DNA of 39,310 bases, taken from IMG/VR virus record IMGVR_UViG_3300013712_000001, positions 1 to 39,310 of that record; one strand, written 5' to 3'. This document shows, piece after piece, positions 10,101-18,114 of the stretch (within the stretch, counting starts at the first letter, position 1; each line of letters opens with the position of its first letter). A program made the translations under genes and the position numbers. The notes under the pieces are model-generated. The model saw nothing but the letters and a program-made list of their open reading frames with translations. It did no database searches and was not told the origin of the DNA. Origin of the DNA: a virus.

Positions 10101-11028
10101 AACCGAAGCCAAGGGCAAGTGATGGTACAGTTTCAGCCAGAACCTCCCCCAAGTCACCAGCAGAACCATTAGACGCAATATATTTAACCGCAGCCCAAAA
10201 ACTGCTATCTCCTTGCTGTTCTGCCTGCTTTCCTGCAAAGTCTGCACCTTGCATCAAGTTATTCAGGCTGTCACTTGTTCCATATTTTTCTTTTTTCAGT
10301 TCCTCCATTGCCATAAATAATTTATTGGTAGTCGGCTGAAGGGATGAATTAATTGGAGTGCCTACAGTATCACCGCCTAGAGCTTCGGCAGTTCGCTCAA
10401 AGCCTAGATAACCAACATCGTGCAGCAAGGCTACTGTCTGATAAATATTGGCTGCACCGCGTTTCACGGCGTTGGTATAGCGATTCCCCTGTTCATTAAC
10501 TGGTTCGATACGCTGTTCAGGTATTTTAGGCAAATTAAGCGAGCGATTACTTTGTGAAGTAGTAATTAATGATTGCGCCGTATCAATAGCATAAGGCTTA
10601 TTTTTCTTGGTTTTGGTTTCTTGGTATTTTTTTGCAAGATTGGCATTCTTTGGAGCAATCTTAGGCACAATGCTTAAAATTCTATCTTCAAGCTCGGCAT
10701 TGGATAGGGATTTAAAGTTTAATGCCCCAACACCTGTACCAATCGCACCCAGGTTATCAGCATCATCAAAGACCAGCTTTGCTTTTGTTTCATCCTGAAT
10801 AAAAGGATTTAATACTTCCTGATTTCTGTTAAATGACTTCTGTACTTTTGCCAGTTCTTCTTTTCTTTTTAGTTCCTGTTCATCCCATAGCGATACTTCA
10901 GGATCAAACTGAAAATCTTTAATAAACTTTTGACGCAATGCAGCGTCATCAGCAATTTGAGTAGGGCTTTTATTTTCTGCTGATTCAAAAATTTCAGCAA
11001 CCGAAAGCGGATTATTATTGATAGGCAT
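4183..11028 (-). CDS. Giant (2281 aa) internal virion / DNA-ejection protein of the polyvalent type, with GNAT-like and zincin (HEMGH) modules
   Basis: Occupies the T7 gp16 position. Gly/Ala-rich hydrophobic region around aa 290-480. GNAT motif-A-like ARNSGIGSKVMQEII...LTEFYKRYGFVE (nt ~8450-8700). HEMGHH at nt 8314-8331 (aa ~900). Hydrophobic helices near the C-terminus. Confidence 0.8.
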   Translation of the reverse strand: MPINNNPLSVAEIFESAENKSPTQIADDAALRQKFIKDFQFDPEVSLWDEQELKRKEELAKVQKSFNRNQEVLNPFIQDETKAKLVFDDADNLGAIGTGVGALNFKSLSNAELEDRILSIVPKIAPKNANLAKKYQETKTKKNKPYAIDTAQSLITTSQSNRSLNLPKIPEQRIEPVNEQGNRYTNAVKRGAANIYQTVALLHDVGYLGFERTAEALGGDTVGTPINSSLQPTTNKLFMAMEELKKEKYGTSDSLNNLMQGADFAGKQAEQQGDSSFWAAVKYIASNGSAGDLGEVLAETVPSLALGFGSGAAARATAGAAAERFVAGRAGALASRAGEVVDPVRLSRFASGAGGAIQGATIGFTTDFAGSAGAEYSSAYNQGKSMGDAIEYSLRRSLAQAGISGLGGAFLPLEFGSALRTAVGQSGIQSLSGYTSAAAGAAAVGEELNPSEAALNAIIGGITALPEVIAVGAGETISRKRLMEEIEGGLIESALAQKAAQEDDQNAKAGYFSGVIGNLIQRVKESKTAGRSEETLREFINQVQQDSGAVDAAYIDIESFNQTLEKYNVPLEDLFELSPELARQWTKVEDIDGTIRIPLDELLSLSYKIDNDPLLRDIVNNLRSDPLAPTAIEAELSIKKTAEEMKQDVKQITETYAQIRQAQDELATVEQLISDDLKNLKNGFSDNFNRQATTLVGAFYETLANRMKIPARDLYNAMPVRLASDRAEAQNLIQGMDGNPEAATEAFNQSNDNYNKTTSEFKDYLKNKYDIELSITGSNDLNLAKIVVPASARNSGIGSKVMQEIINYADINKKRISLTPSSDFGGNKKRLTEFYKRYGFVENKGRNKDFSVSEAMYRDAQDSYNQNFENETRGQIIFRKDKKGAVIILGKNANFSTFSHEMGHHFLELNMAFARSPEAPEQLKQDMNTVLKWANLPDDLSSWNKLTPEQKTEVHEKFAETFEQYMFTGKAPSNALRQVFSRFRSFMAAVYKNMGRFLGINKRADLNPEITAVMDRMLASQDAIDQVQRQRNLEMMITPELATKLGIPFKEYLEIQENHLEATEAAINELEQKTIKDLAWYRNMRNKHIKAFNEQAKRVRQQAREKVAKEVAQMPVYQAMAFLRQPVEAVEKVKRDPNVIDRSRDTMIEAIAKMGGIDAAEIESTWGIDQPESYKVNVGRVKKVARKNGLSIETVAERLAEDGYLDKDESGKFDTRQFEDLFTDSLSGAQHYSMYADYELVNYADDYSIAMADIDQFPDAAKLNLEWLKAKYGEDSEIYKAIPKAGKYGFTSKDGYDPEMIAERFGFTSADQMIREMVEAPAPKELIDERAADLVQAEHSELFDSLSVEQAIDEAVHNDIRAQMLSRELAAISKLSGRHSEMNQAAIDISNNLINSTIISDIRPSVYSATELKLARAYDKALKSGDTTEAVRIKRNQLVNFHSTKKAYAIQDQIGKLKELEKKVNGSDERLAKARDFNYVSIARYVLAAYGISNRQANFVNELKSIREYDPIAWAELKDLIDNLPDIQDYRQLEYKDFQVIDDTIRQIWHLSKETKKFVLGNEKLERQAVIDDLTRQLNTKPVRSRVYNGPGSGNRAIQKVGSQFKSFIASLRRAEQFVTWLDGGKPTGVFHKYIFNPIQESLAQYRIEQRAMMKELLDIYTQFDKSEGKIYAESLDHTFNSKQELLHAVLHSGNLSNKQRLVYGYKWGEELPDGTVDFSKWDAYLLESMNNGTITKKDMDAVQRIWDMFEGYKKQAQAVHKRMNGRYFEELPSQPLITPYGTFKGGYIPADYDPIRSAEADIRSEKNRADLEKDNIASATTGANFTKSRAANYKGDILLLDLTRLPLHLDRELRYIHLEQQVKQVDSLLRNREFRRELESVAPYVKNILGDWLSAVATQQTYKPTSSNLGDRIVENLKRNSGIVLMAGNFKNAVEAWTSIPQVLVEVNAKDMALSSAKYFSNAFASESMTKQVRELSPFMDTRLDNTSNEYRYQLENLAINPSIVKRGSDFIKNNAYIVQQVLQVPLEVISWNAAYNQALTRGLGDDQAVKYADGVIRQYLNDMTPEGISSVERGSPLVRAMLMFYGWFNMVSNTFFTQTKLANENLTGAAKYGRYAYLYGMMLALPAILSKALTLTFNGELFDNEDEEDWQADLVNIGVQSQAEMIFGMLPFAREIINPIYTTSVNATVYSDRYSVSPLISMMENLTKTGKRIIDTTKEEKEVDYSALTKGIIQASTFVTGIPFSLVQRPATYAADVLIDEDQEPRNAADVARGLASGN

Positions 11029-11061
11029 GGCATACAGTTCCCAAGTAATTCATGCCTATCA
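11019..11061 (-). promoter_or_regulatory. 11-bp perfect inverted repeat (TGATAGGCATG / CATGCCTATCA) whose 3' arm contains the start codon of the giant gene
   Basis: Read directly: 11019-11029 is the reverse complement of 11051-11061, with a 21-nt loop carrying GGGAA. AUG 11028-11026 lies in the stem. Confidence 0.4.
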
Positions 11062-11073
11062 TAGCATGTTGAC

Positions 11074-13350
11074 TTATGAGCGCCGGCGATACCATTGAAA
11101 ATAATATTTCATATAGACAGAATCAGGAACTTTGTCTATATCAGTGTAACCTTGGCCGCGCACACTGTTGAAAATATACTGCTCTACCGGCTTTGGAACG
11201 TCTGAGCGTTTGAATGTGGTTGGGCTATACACCTGTCCTTTTACTTCACCATTCTGCTTGATCAGAGCATTATCCAGATATGAATTAACAACATTGTCAA
11301 TTTGAGCCAATGTAAGGTTTCTGCCTTGCCGCCGTTCCAGTTCTCTTGTGCGCGCCGTTAAATCATTGATAGTTTCAACCCAGAAAGCCGAACCTTTTTG
11401 TGTAGCCTTGCTTGCTATCTTGTTTGAGCCTTTAGGCGCAGCACCAAAACCAATAGCGTTAGCATTGCGGTTTAAGACCTTGGTTATATTTTCAGTCGTA
11501 ACCAGTGAAGTTTTAGGCGCACCGCCTTGCTTTGCTTTTTCTGCATCAGCAATAGTTCTATTGTTTGCTTCGGCATATTTCTTGGCAACATCGGCCCTTG
11601 CATCTGGCGGAATAACAGAAAGCAACTGTTTAAAATCTGCATTCTTCATACCGATTAAACTAGAAGAGTTCATTAGCACTCCTAAGTAAACATCATTGTT
11701 ATATTCTCCCAGGTTTTTAGCCTTCAGCGTGGATTCAATATTTTTTTGCTGTGATGCAGTTAATAGGCGCTTTCCTTCAGTATCAATATCAGCCAAAGAA
11801 GTAACACGGCCATTATCAATAGAATCTATAACGGCTTCATAAAAGTTTTCACTTTGCTGTTTTTTGGCATCTTCTTTCTGTTTCAGTGCGGCCCGATGTG
11901 CTGAAATAACTTTAGCTTGCCTTTTAGGTGACAGGCCAGCCAACAAATTAGGATCAAGCTGATCCCCGATCATTGCACGATTGATATAATCACTGTAGCC
12001 ACTACCTGATAGAAATGAATTAATGCGCTTAACATAGTTTCTATTTTCTGCATTGCTGATTGCATTTGCACCGCCTTTTTTTAACTGGCCGACATACTGG
12101 CCGCCACCGTTATAATAAGATGCAATGATATTCGGGTCCTTAGTGTTGTACTTTTTACTGATCCAGTCCACGAATTTATATGCACCCCATATTGCTTCAT
12201 CTGGATTAGTCGGATCAATCGTTTTTCCGGTAATACGGCGCACCTGTTCAATTGCGATTGGCGTAAACTGCATTACCCCTTTCGCTTTCGCCCCTGATAC
12301 TTCATTATTATTTGACTTTTCACCAGCAACACGGATTGCAGTCAAGATAGGTTTAGCCCAATCCATGCCAAGCTCACGGCCAATCAGTTCATTTTTAGCA
12401 TCTAACCGAACATCGTTATAGCGCAATGTCGGCAATTCATAAGGCTTAATTGAGCCAGAAAGTTGTTTTAAAAGTGTCGGATCAGAAGAATTGAATGCAG
12501 GATTAGAACCTGGACTTACACCAAGGTTAATATTATTAATAAGCTGATTGGCTGCATAATCTTCTTTTAGATCAGTGATAGCAGAGGTATAGGCATGACG
12601 ATTGATTTCTGGTATTTGTGCTGAATATTTCTCTAAATAAGATTCAGCCAAAGTGAAGTTTTTATCTTTGATAATTCGCTGAAGGTTGGCATTGTGAATC
12701 TCAGCATAATACTCTGCCTTTTTGTTTGTCACTTCCGCAGCAGACCAGCCAAACTGTTCACCTAGCTCGCTTATGGCAGCATTACCAGTTGTCAGGCTTT
12801 CATTCAGTGCTTCAATATCCTGATATGATCCCATTGCCTTACGTGCGGCCAGTTCCGCCGTATTATTTAAAACTGATTCCTTATATTTAAAACCCTGGTT
12901 GACTTGATGACGGCGCAATTGCTCGGTCCAGTTCTGTGAATCCTGATCAACCATTTTTCTAAAAACTGTCTGCTGATCAGGTGTAAGCTGAAGCTGTGTA
13001 ATGGTATCTTCAGCAGCACTTCGATAACGCTCTGTATAGGAGGTTAAAAAATCTCGACCATCATCATCCTTGAACAGAATGGCATTTTCACCAAGCTTGT
13101 TCTGATAGCCTTCCTTCTCGTCAAGCTGCAACCGTGTCTTATGGCCTTCCATAACGTTTTGGGCTTCAATTAGTCGCACACGGTCAAATTTTACTTTTTC
13201 GTCTATAAAGTAATCCTGTGCAATATTAGACACAAAAGAAGCGGCGCGGCCTATGCCACCATCCGCATTAGCCGCCTGCTCTTGTGTAATATTGACCGAT
13301 CCACCAGTGACGTTGATTGAATCTTTTTGAATGCTTGGCAATTGTGGCAT
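11074..13350 (-). CDS. Internal virion protein with a lytic transglycosylase (SLT) domain
   Basis: 758 aa. GEKSNNNEVSGAKAKGVMQFTPIA...ASYYNGGG matches the SLT pattern ES...S.AGA.GLMQ...AYNAG (nt ~12080-12330). Occupies the T7 gp15 position. Confidence 0.8.
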   Translation of the reverse strand: MPQLPSIQKDSINVTGGSVNITQEQAANADGGIGRAASFVSNIAQDYFIDEKVKFDRVRLIEAQNVMEGHKTRLQLDEKEGYQNKLGENAILFKDDDGRDFLTSYTERYRSAAEDTITQLQLTPDQQTVFRKMVDQDSQNWTEQLRRHQVNQGFKYKESVLNNTAELAARKAMGSYQDIEALNESLTTGNAAISELGEQFGWSAAEVTNKKAEYYAEIHNANLQRIIKDKNFTLAESYLEKYSAQIPEINRHAYTSAITDLKEDYAANQLINNINLGVSPGSNPAFNSSDPTLLKQLSGSIKPYELPTLRYNDVRLDAKNELIGRELGMDWAKPILTAIRVAGEKSNNNEVSGAKAKGVMQFTPIAIEQVRRITGKTIDPTNPDEAIWGAYKFVDWISKKYNTKDPNIIASYYNGGGQYVGQLKKGGANAISNAENRNYVKRINSFLSGSGYSDYINRAMIGDQLDPNLLAGLSPKRQAKVISAHRAALKQKEDAKKQQSENFYEAVIDSIDNGRVTSLADIDTEGKRLLTASQQKNIESTLKAKNLGEYNNDVYLGVLMNSSSLIGMKNADFKQLLSVIPPDARADVAKKYAEANNRTIADAEKAKQGGAPKTSLVTTENITKVLNRNANAIGFGAAPKGSNKIASKATQKGSAFWVETINDLTARTRELERRQGRNLTLAQIDNVVNSYLDNALIKQNGEVKGQVYSPTTFKRSDVPKPVEQYIFNSVRGQGYTDIDKVPDSVYMKYYFQWYRRRS

Positions 13351-13351
13351 T

Positions 13352-13903
13352 TTACTTCTCCTTAGCCGCGCTTAATTCTTTATAACCGCTATAAAGTGTC
13401 TTGCCGCCTGCTATTAACGCAGTCACAAAAGGATTAGTTTTGCTTAGCTTCGCATTTCTGGCTAGTTGTCTTTGATTCAGTTCGGCAGCCTGATAGCCGA
13501 ATGCGGCATTCATAGCGTTGTACCTGGTATTGTAGCGGTCCATTTCATTAACTTGCTTCAGTGAATCCAGATAGGACTTTGCTGATCCGTAATTCACATC
13601 CACCCCAGCATAACTTAATTGGTTCCTTGCCCTGCCTTGTTCCATTCGACCTTGAACGCCAAGCCATGCATTTTGATCTCTGCCGCGCTCAATCGTATCT
13701 CTGGCCTTTAAATCGTAAGCATCTGCATTAATTAAAAATGCTGCCTGCTGTGCCTTGATCAGTGCATTATTACCCACTGTTTGAGCATAGCCGCCAATTG
13801 TGGCAGATATGGCATTACCACCGACTGCCAGTTCTGCCGCGCCATCCTTGCTTGTTGCATAGTTCTGCAAGCTGTCTGCATTCTCAAAATTAGGAGTACA
13901 CAT
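13352..13903 (-). CDS. Small internal virion protein (T7 gp14 position)
   Basis: 183 aa, Ala/Gln/Asn-rich, with SYAGVDVNYGSA, which resembles podovirus internal proteins (from memory). The call rests mainly on synteny. Confidence 0.45.
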   Translation of the reverse strand: MCTPNFENADSLQNYATSKDGAAELAVGGNAISATIGGYAQTVGNNALIKAQQAAFLINADAYDLKARDTIERGRDQNAWLGVQGRMEQGRARNQLSYAGVDVNYGSAKSYLDSLKQVNEMDRYNTRYNAMNAAFGYQAAELNQRQLARNAKLSKTNPFVTALIAGGKTLYSGYKELSAAKEK

Positions 13904-13906
13904 AAC

Positions 13907-14359
13907 TTAAACCCCCATCATGTAAAAATGTCTAAAGTTATGCTTTAGCTTACCATACGGCGTAGGCTGTTCGACTGTGAAGCCTAATCTCTCAAGATAC
14001 GATATAGCAGCCCAATTCCCTTCATATACATAATTTCGCATAGGCTTAGAATTCCTATGCGTCATTAAAAGGTTCTTTGTTTCACGGTAAAAGGCCAGCT
14101 TATGATTTTTAATTTCGTTAGTGCCGACAGCCCAAACCACATTGAAAGGACCTTTATAGATAATTCCACATATACAAAGAATCTGATCATCTGCAAAAAT
14201 TGAATACGATCTTGAGCTTTCCATCTGTATTCCATCAAGAATTGAATCCTGATAGTCCACAGAACCAGTAACATAATAAAATTCAGCCTGATCACATTGC
14301 CGCATGTTCTTTACCAGCGGCGTTACATGGCTTTCTTCGGCAGGGATTGTTCTTATCAT
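13907..14359 (-). CDS. Small virion-module protein (T7 gp13 position) with a weak GNAT-like C-terminal motif
   Basis: 150 aa. The C-terminal NWAAISYLERLGFTVE resembles the GNAT beta-alpha motif, but no clear R/QxxGxG/A is present. TAATG overlap with the upstream gene. Confidence 0.35.
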   Translation of the reverse strand: MIRTIPAEESHVTPLVKNMRQCDQAEFYYVTGSVDYQDSILDGIQMESSRSYSIFADDQILCICGIIYKGPFNVVWAVGTNEIKNHKLAFYRETKNLLMTHRNSKPMRNYVYEGNWAAISYLERLGFTVEQPTPYGKLKHNFRHFYMMGV

Positions 14360-16437
14360 TATTTAAACTCCATGTGGATAGCCTGAATCGTAAGTGGCAA
14401 TGGTTTTTTCTGGCTAACTTTAACCTGAATATCACGTTCAGCAGTACCGTAAACCGGAAGATTAATAAGCCCTGTATATAAATCTGGTGCTGTATTATAC
14501 GGCTCATCAAGTCTGGCTTTTGTTTCAGTTTCCTTGCCCTTGAATTTACCAATCTCGGTAAGACTCATGCTTGAATACCACTGGCCGCCAAAAACAGAAG
14601 TAGACTTAAATACGCGCAAATAAAGCTCATTAAGTGTTTTTGGTTTAAGTGGATTAAAGCCGGCTTGTGTTTTTGATTTAAGTGAATTAGAGCCGGCATA
14701 AGCCTGGTAAAGCGGCAAGCTTACGAAATATCCTTCATAGGGAATGCCAATTATGAAAACTTTACTTTCATTCTGTATTTTGACAATTCCATTTTCTACC
14801 AGATAATCTTCAGCTTCCAAGGTACCATCAGCAACCACAGAAACACGCTTGCCATTCAGCCAGTCCAAGCCTACAACTTGCTTGGTAGCTTCTGAAAATT
14901 CTTTAATCACAGAGCAATCAAGATGATTTTCATAAACCTTGTCGAAGGTACGGCGCATCCTGAAACGCTCTACAAAGCGTTGCCCCTGCCGGCTAATGCC
15001 TAGATATAGGCTGGATTGACCTTCTTCCGGTATTACTGCAACAGTTTCAATCTCACCATCGGTTTCATGCTTGTGAAAGCCAAATACCTGCTGTGATGGA
15101 TCATAAGTAAGCCCTATCATTTTTCCATCATCACGCACAAAAAAAGCACAGGTAAAAGGATTTCGGGTAATTGCCTGATCCACAATCTTAAAACCATCAA
15201 ATAATTGCGGACACATTAAAGATAGCTCTATGGTCTGATATGCGCCGTTACGGTTTGCAGCTAGTGACAGTTCATGTATGCGACCTGTTTGATCAGAACT
15301 AAAGATACATACGTTATCTGCAAGCAATGGTGTGCATTGATTGGAGCCGGTATTTGATTGCGGATAAACCATAAGATCAGTTGGAGTTAAGGCACCTGCA
15401 CCAGATACCTTCCAAGCTGAACCCGAAGTTAAAACAAGAAGATCATTCATAGGTACTAGATGCTGTATGCCGTTTCCATCACGTCCGGCAATACGGATTG
15501 CAATAGCATCATCATCTTGACCAGGAACAGAATAGGTAAAAATATCCTCCGTACCTGATCTGGAAAACTGTAATGTTTGTGGAGACTTTGCACCTCCGCC
15601 GTAAACTTTTCTCTGCTGTATATAGCTCACTGCTACAGGAAAATCACCAGTAGAAGAATCATATAGTTTTCTGGTAATTGGTGGCGTTAAGAAGGTGTCA
15701 GCTTCAATATAGGTATCTTCTAAAAATAAATCTGTTGTTTCAGCAATTCGGCCAAATACGCCAGACTGTTTTTTATATACTCGGTATCTTTCCGCACCAG
15801 ATACAGCAGACCACTCAATTTTATTAAAATTTGGCTTTACCGTTAAATCGTTTTCACACTCTACTATTTCACTTTTTTCGGATTCCTCAGAACCTTTAAC
15901 CGCAGTAACCACATATCTGTATTTTGTGATTTGATTATTTTCAGTATTTGGCCTATTTGCAGTAGCAGTAACGCCAGTAGGGGGCAATACTGAAGGTAAA
16001 GCAAAAACATTTAGAGAAATCCAGCTTGTGGGTCCTGTTCTCGAGATACGTCGCGGAGGATACTTAATATGCGTAAGAGTAACCACATCACCGCTTTGCG
16101 TGTAGCGTATGCCGCCTAAATCCTCTGGCTGATAGGGTATGCTTACCCTTAGCCACTGCCCAAACGTATCTAATAGCATCTTGCCAAGAGTAGAAAAATA
16201 CGCATACGGCGGACAAAGAATGATGATGATTGCCTGTTCATCTGAATACGTGAATGGAATAAGTCTGAATGGCCTTGGCATAGTGGTAACGTACTGGAAG
16301 CCATTACGATAATCTAATGCACCATGCGGCAAAACAAGCATATTGCTTGCATCAGCAATTCCAGATTGGTACTTGGCTTGATCAAAACGGCCATACATTT
16401 CAGGCGAAATAATGCCGCCATTAAAGTTATTCTGCAT
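14359..16437 (-). CDS. Tail tubular protein B / nozzle-like protein
   Basis: 692 aa. The N-terminus FNGGIISPEMYGRFDQAKYQSGIADASNMLVLPHGAL resembles podovirus tail/nozzle proteins (from memory). Occupies the T7 gp12 position. Confidence 0.6.
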   Translation of the reverse strand: MQNNFNGGIISPEMYGRFDQAKYQSGIADASNMLVLPHGALDYRNGFQYVTTMPRPFRLIPFTYSDEQAIIIILCPPYAYFSTLGKMLLDTFGQWLRVSIPYQPEDLGGIRYTQSGDVVTLTHIKYPPRRISRTGPTSWISLNVFALPSVLPPTGVTATANRPNTENNQITKYRYVVTAVKGSEESEKSEIVECENDLTVKPNFNKIEWSAVSGAERYRVYKKQSGVFGRIAETTDLFLEDTYIEADTFLTPPITRKLYDSSTGDFPVAVSYIQQRKVYGGGAKSPQTLQFSRSGTEDIFTYSVPGQDDDAIAIRIAGRDGNGIQHLVPMNDLLVLTSGSAWKVSGAGALTPTDLMVYPQSNTGSNQCTPLLADNVCIFSSDQTGRIHELSLAANRNGAYQTIELSLMCPQLFDGFKIVDQAITRNPFTCAFFVRDDGKMIGLTYDPSQQVFGFHKHETDGEIETVAVIPEEGQSSLYLGISRQGQRFVERFRMRRTFDKVYENHLDCSVIKEFSEATKQVVGLDWLNGKRVSVVADGTLEAEDYLVENGIVKIQNESKVFIIGIPYEGYFVSLPLYQAYAGSNSLKSKTQAGFNPLKPKTLNELYLRVFKSTSVFGGQWYSSMSLTEIGKFKGKETETKARLDEPYNTAPDLYTGLINLPVYGTAERDIQVKVSQKKPLPLTIQAIHMEFK

Positions 16438-16997
16438 TATCTTACTCCCATTAGCGAAGGCTGATACTCAGGAATATCCGGCATTTCCAGATTTTTAATA
16501 TCAGACAGAGTGACTTCCGATATAAGCTGTGCGGATAGCTGCTGCATCTGGCTCGCAAGAACAGCATCCTGCTTTAAGATAATTGCAAGCTTTGATGCCA
16601 GAATAAACTGTATTGCAGTAATTGCTTTGGGTGGCATCCAGGCCATATCTGTATCATCAAGAATATAAATAAGTGTGGGAACGCCGCTTTCAGTATAAAG
16701 CTTGTCACGTTCAATAAAGTATTTGCTTCTAGGATCATTGGCCAGAGATACCGGCTTGATCATATCTGTTGGTAATTGATACCAGTTAGGCATATTAGAG
16801 ATTGCGGCCAGTGTTTTTCTGGTTGTGGCAAAACTAAAAGGATGATCAGAATCAAGAAATTCACGTCTTGATTGCGGCAATTGCAAGCGGCAAGCCCTAG
16901 CTTGTGGGCTTTCCTCCTCAAATGAATCAATAGAGTATCCGCTTCCGACATATATCAAAGCGGCGTTACAGATTTGAATAGGCGAAAGCGGATTCAT
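16437..16997 (-). CDS. Tail tubular protein A / head-tail adaptor-like protein
   Basis: 186 aa. Position (T7 gp11 equivalent) and size. ATGA-type overlap with the downstream gene. Confidence 0.5.
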   Translation of the reverse strand: MNPLSPIQICNAALIYVGSGYSIDSFEEESPQARACRLQLPQSRREFLDSDHPFSFATTRKTLAAISNMPNWYQLPTDMIKPVSLANDPRSKYFIERDKLYTESGVPTLIYILDDTDMAWMPPKAITAIQFILASKLAIILKQDAVLASQMQQLSAQLISEVTLSDIKNLEMPDIPEYQPSLMGVR

Positions 16998-17000
16998 TAT

Positions 17001-17594
17001 TTATTCTCCCTGGTTGCCAAGAGCTTCTTTAACCATGTTTAATTTGTTAAGCAATACATCTTTATGATCTGACTTAACAAAATCCTGAACGCCTAGTTCT
17101 TCAAGTTCGGCAATAATTTGTGCCTTGGTTGGCACTTTTTTAACTTCATCTTCATCAGGTTCATTAGTTGTGCCTTGCGCCGTACTTTCGCTCTGCTGTT
17201 CTGGCTGGCCTTCACCTGATGCCGGCTGTGTTTCAGAAACTCCCTGTTCTTGTAAGGACTCTGAAGCTGATAGCTCATTGCTTGCGCCAGCTTCTTTATC
17301 ACCTTTAATGACTTCTTGAATGGCAGCAGAATTAACGCTTTCAGCATAGTTAAGATTCCCCACATTTGGATTAGGTCCTTCGCTAGTTGTGTCGATATTA
17401 ATAGACTTTGTTCCCACTGATGCAGCAGCAATTTTCACAGCTTCACTCTCTGCAACATCATCAAACCAGCCAGACTTAGTTTGTGGAATACTTGCCGGAA
17501 GCTTTAATACTTCACCAGATTCATAAACACGGCCATAAAAGCCCTGCATTCCACTACGCACCTTAACGGTTTTCATCTTCTCTTGAGTAGTCAT
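17001..17594 (-). CDS. Acidic low-complexity protein with a C-terminal HeH/SAP-like motif
   Basis: 197 aa. Long Glu/Ser/Gln-rich stretch. The C-terminal KAQIIAELEELGVQDFVKSDHKDVLLNKL resembles the helix-extension-helix DNA-binding motif. Sits between the head and tail modules. Confidence 0.4.
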   Translation of the reverse strand: MTTQEKMKTVKVRSGMQGFYGRVYESGEVLKLPASIPQTKSGWFDDVAESEAVKIAAASVGTKSINIDTTSEGPNPNVGNLNYAESVNSAAIQEVIKGDKEAGASNELSASESLQEQGVSETQPASGEGQPEQQSESTAQGTTNEPDEDEVKKVPTKAQIIAELEELGVQDFVKSDHKDVLLNKLNMVKEALGNQGE

Positions 17595-17630
17595 GGTTTT
17601 TTCCTCTACTACGGTTAAAAGAAATTAATA

Positions 17631-17660
17631 AAAAAGGCTGAACCATCGGCCAGCCTTTTT
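17631..17660 (-). terminator. Strong bidirectional-looking terminator after the capsid/decoration genes (AAAAAGGCTG-N10-CAGCCTTTTT)
   Basis: GC core stem flanked by an A-run and a T-run. On the minus strand it is followed by UUUUUUAUU. The placement is analogous to the T7 terminator after gene 10. Confidence 0.7.
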
Positions 17661-17689
17661 AGGTTACAAAATCATTTTACCCGACTTTG

Positions 17690-18076
17690 TTAGCGATTCA
17701 CCGGATAGATTGAAGGAGATTCAACCTGATTTGTGATAAATGCAGTAATTGAACCACCTGAAACCGTACCGGCCACCGCATAAGTCAACTTAGTGAATCG
17801 ACGTAACGGACGAGCAAGGGCAATAGCGCACTGGCTAGAATTAAGAGCATTAATATCGTTAAATGTTTGAGTTTCACGATCTCGCCATGTGCCACCGTCA
17901 TCGGAATCTTTTACCGTTACAGTAATGCCAGTAGCCCCAGCCACTTGATGCCCGATTAGTTGAATAAATCCGCCTGTGCCGTTGTACTTATACTTAAAGT
18001 CAATTGTATTAGTAGAATCACCGGCGGCCAATGTTTGCTTGTCTGAATAAATCAGTTGTGAATCAATCATACCCAT
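17690..18076 (-). CDS. Capsid decoration / cement protein candidate (Bbp16-like)
   Basis: 128 aa from ATG 18076 (SD GGGAG 8 nt upstream). MGMIDSQLIYSDKQTLAAGDSTNTIDF resembles the N-terminus of BPP-1-type cement proteins (from memory). Immediately downstream of the capsid gene. Confidence 0.5.
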   Translation of the reverse strand: MGMIDSQLIYSDKQTLAAGDSTNTIDFKYKYNGTGGFIQLIGHQVAGATGITVTVKDSDDGGTWRDRETQTFNDINALNSSQCAIALARPLRRFTKLTYAVAGTVSGGSITAFITNQVESPSIYPVNR

Positions 18077-18114
18077 GTTTTTTACTCCCAAAAAGTTATG
18101 ATGAACGCGCCGTA

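Noticed and set aside
11015-11053. 12-codon upstream ORF (MNYLGTVCHAYQ) overlapping the start of the giant gene.
   Set aside because: It arises simply because the 5' arm of the inverted repeat contains the complement-symmetric CATG. It has no SD, so it is more economically explained by the hairpin itself.
14373-14381. DnaA-box-like TGTGGATAG (8 of 9 matches to the consensus).
   Set aside because: It is a single copy inside the tail tubular B-like coding region, far from the iterons. A chance match is expected.
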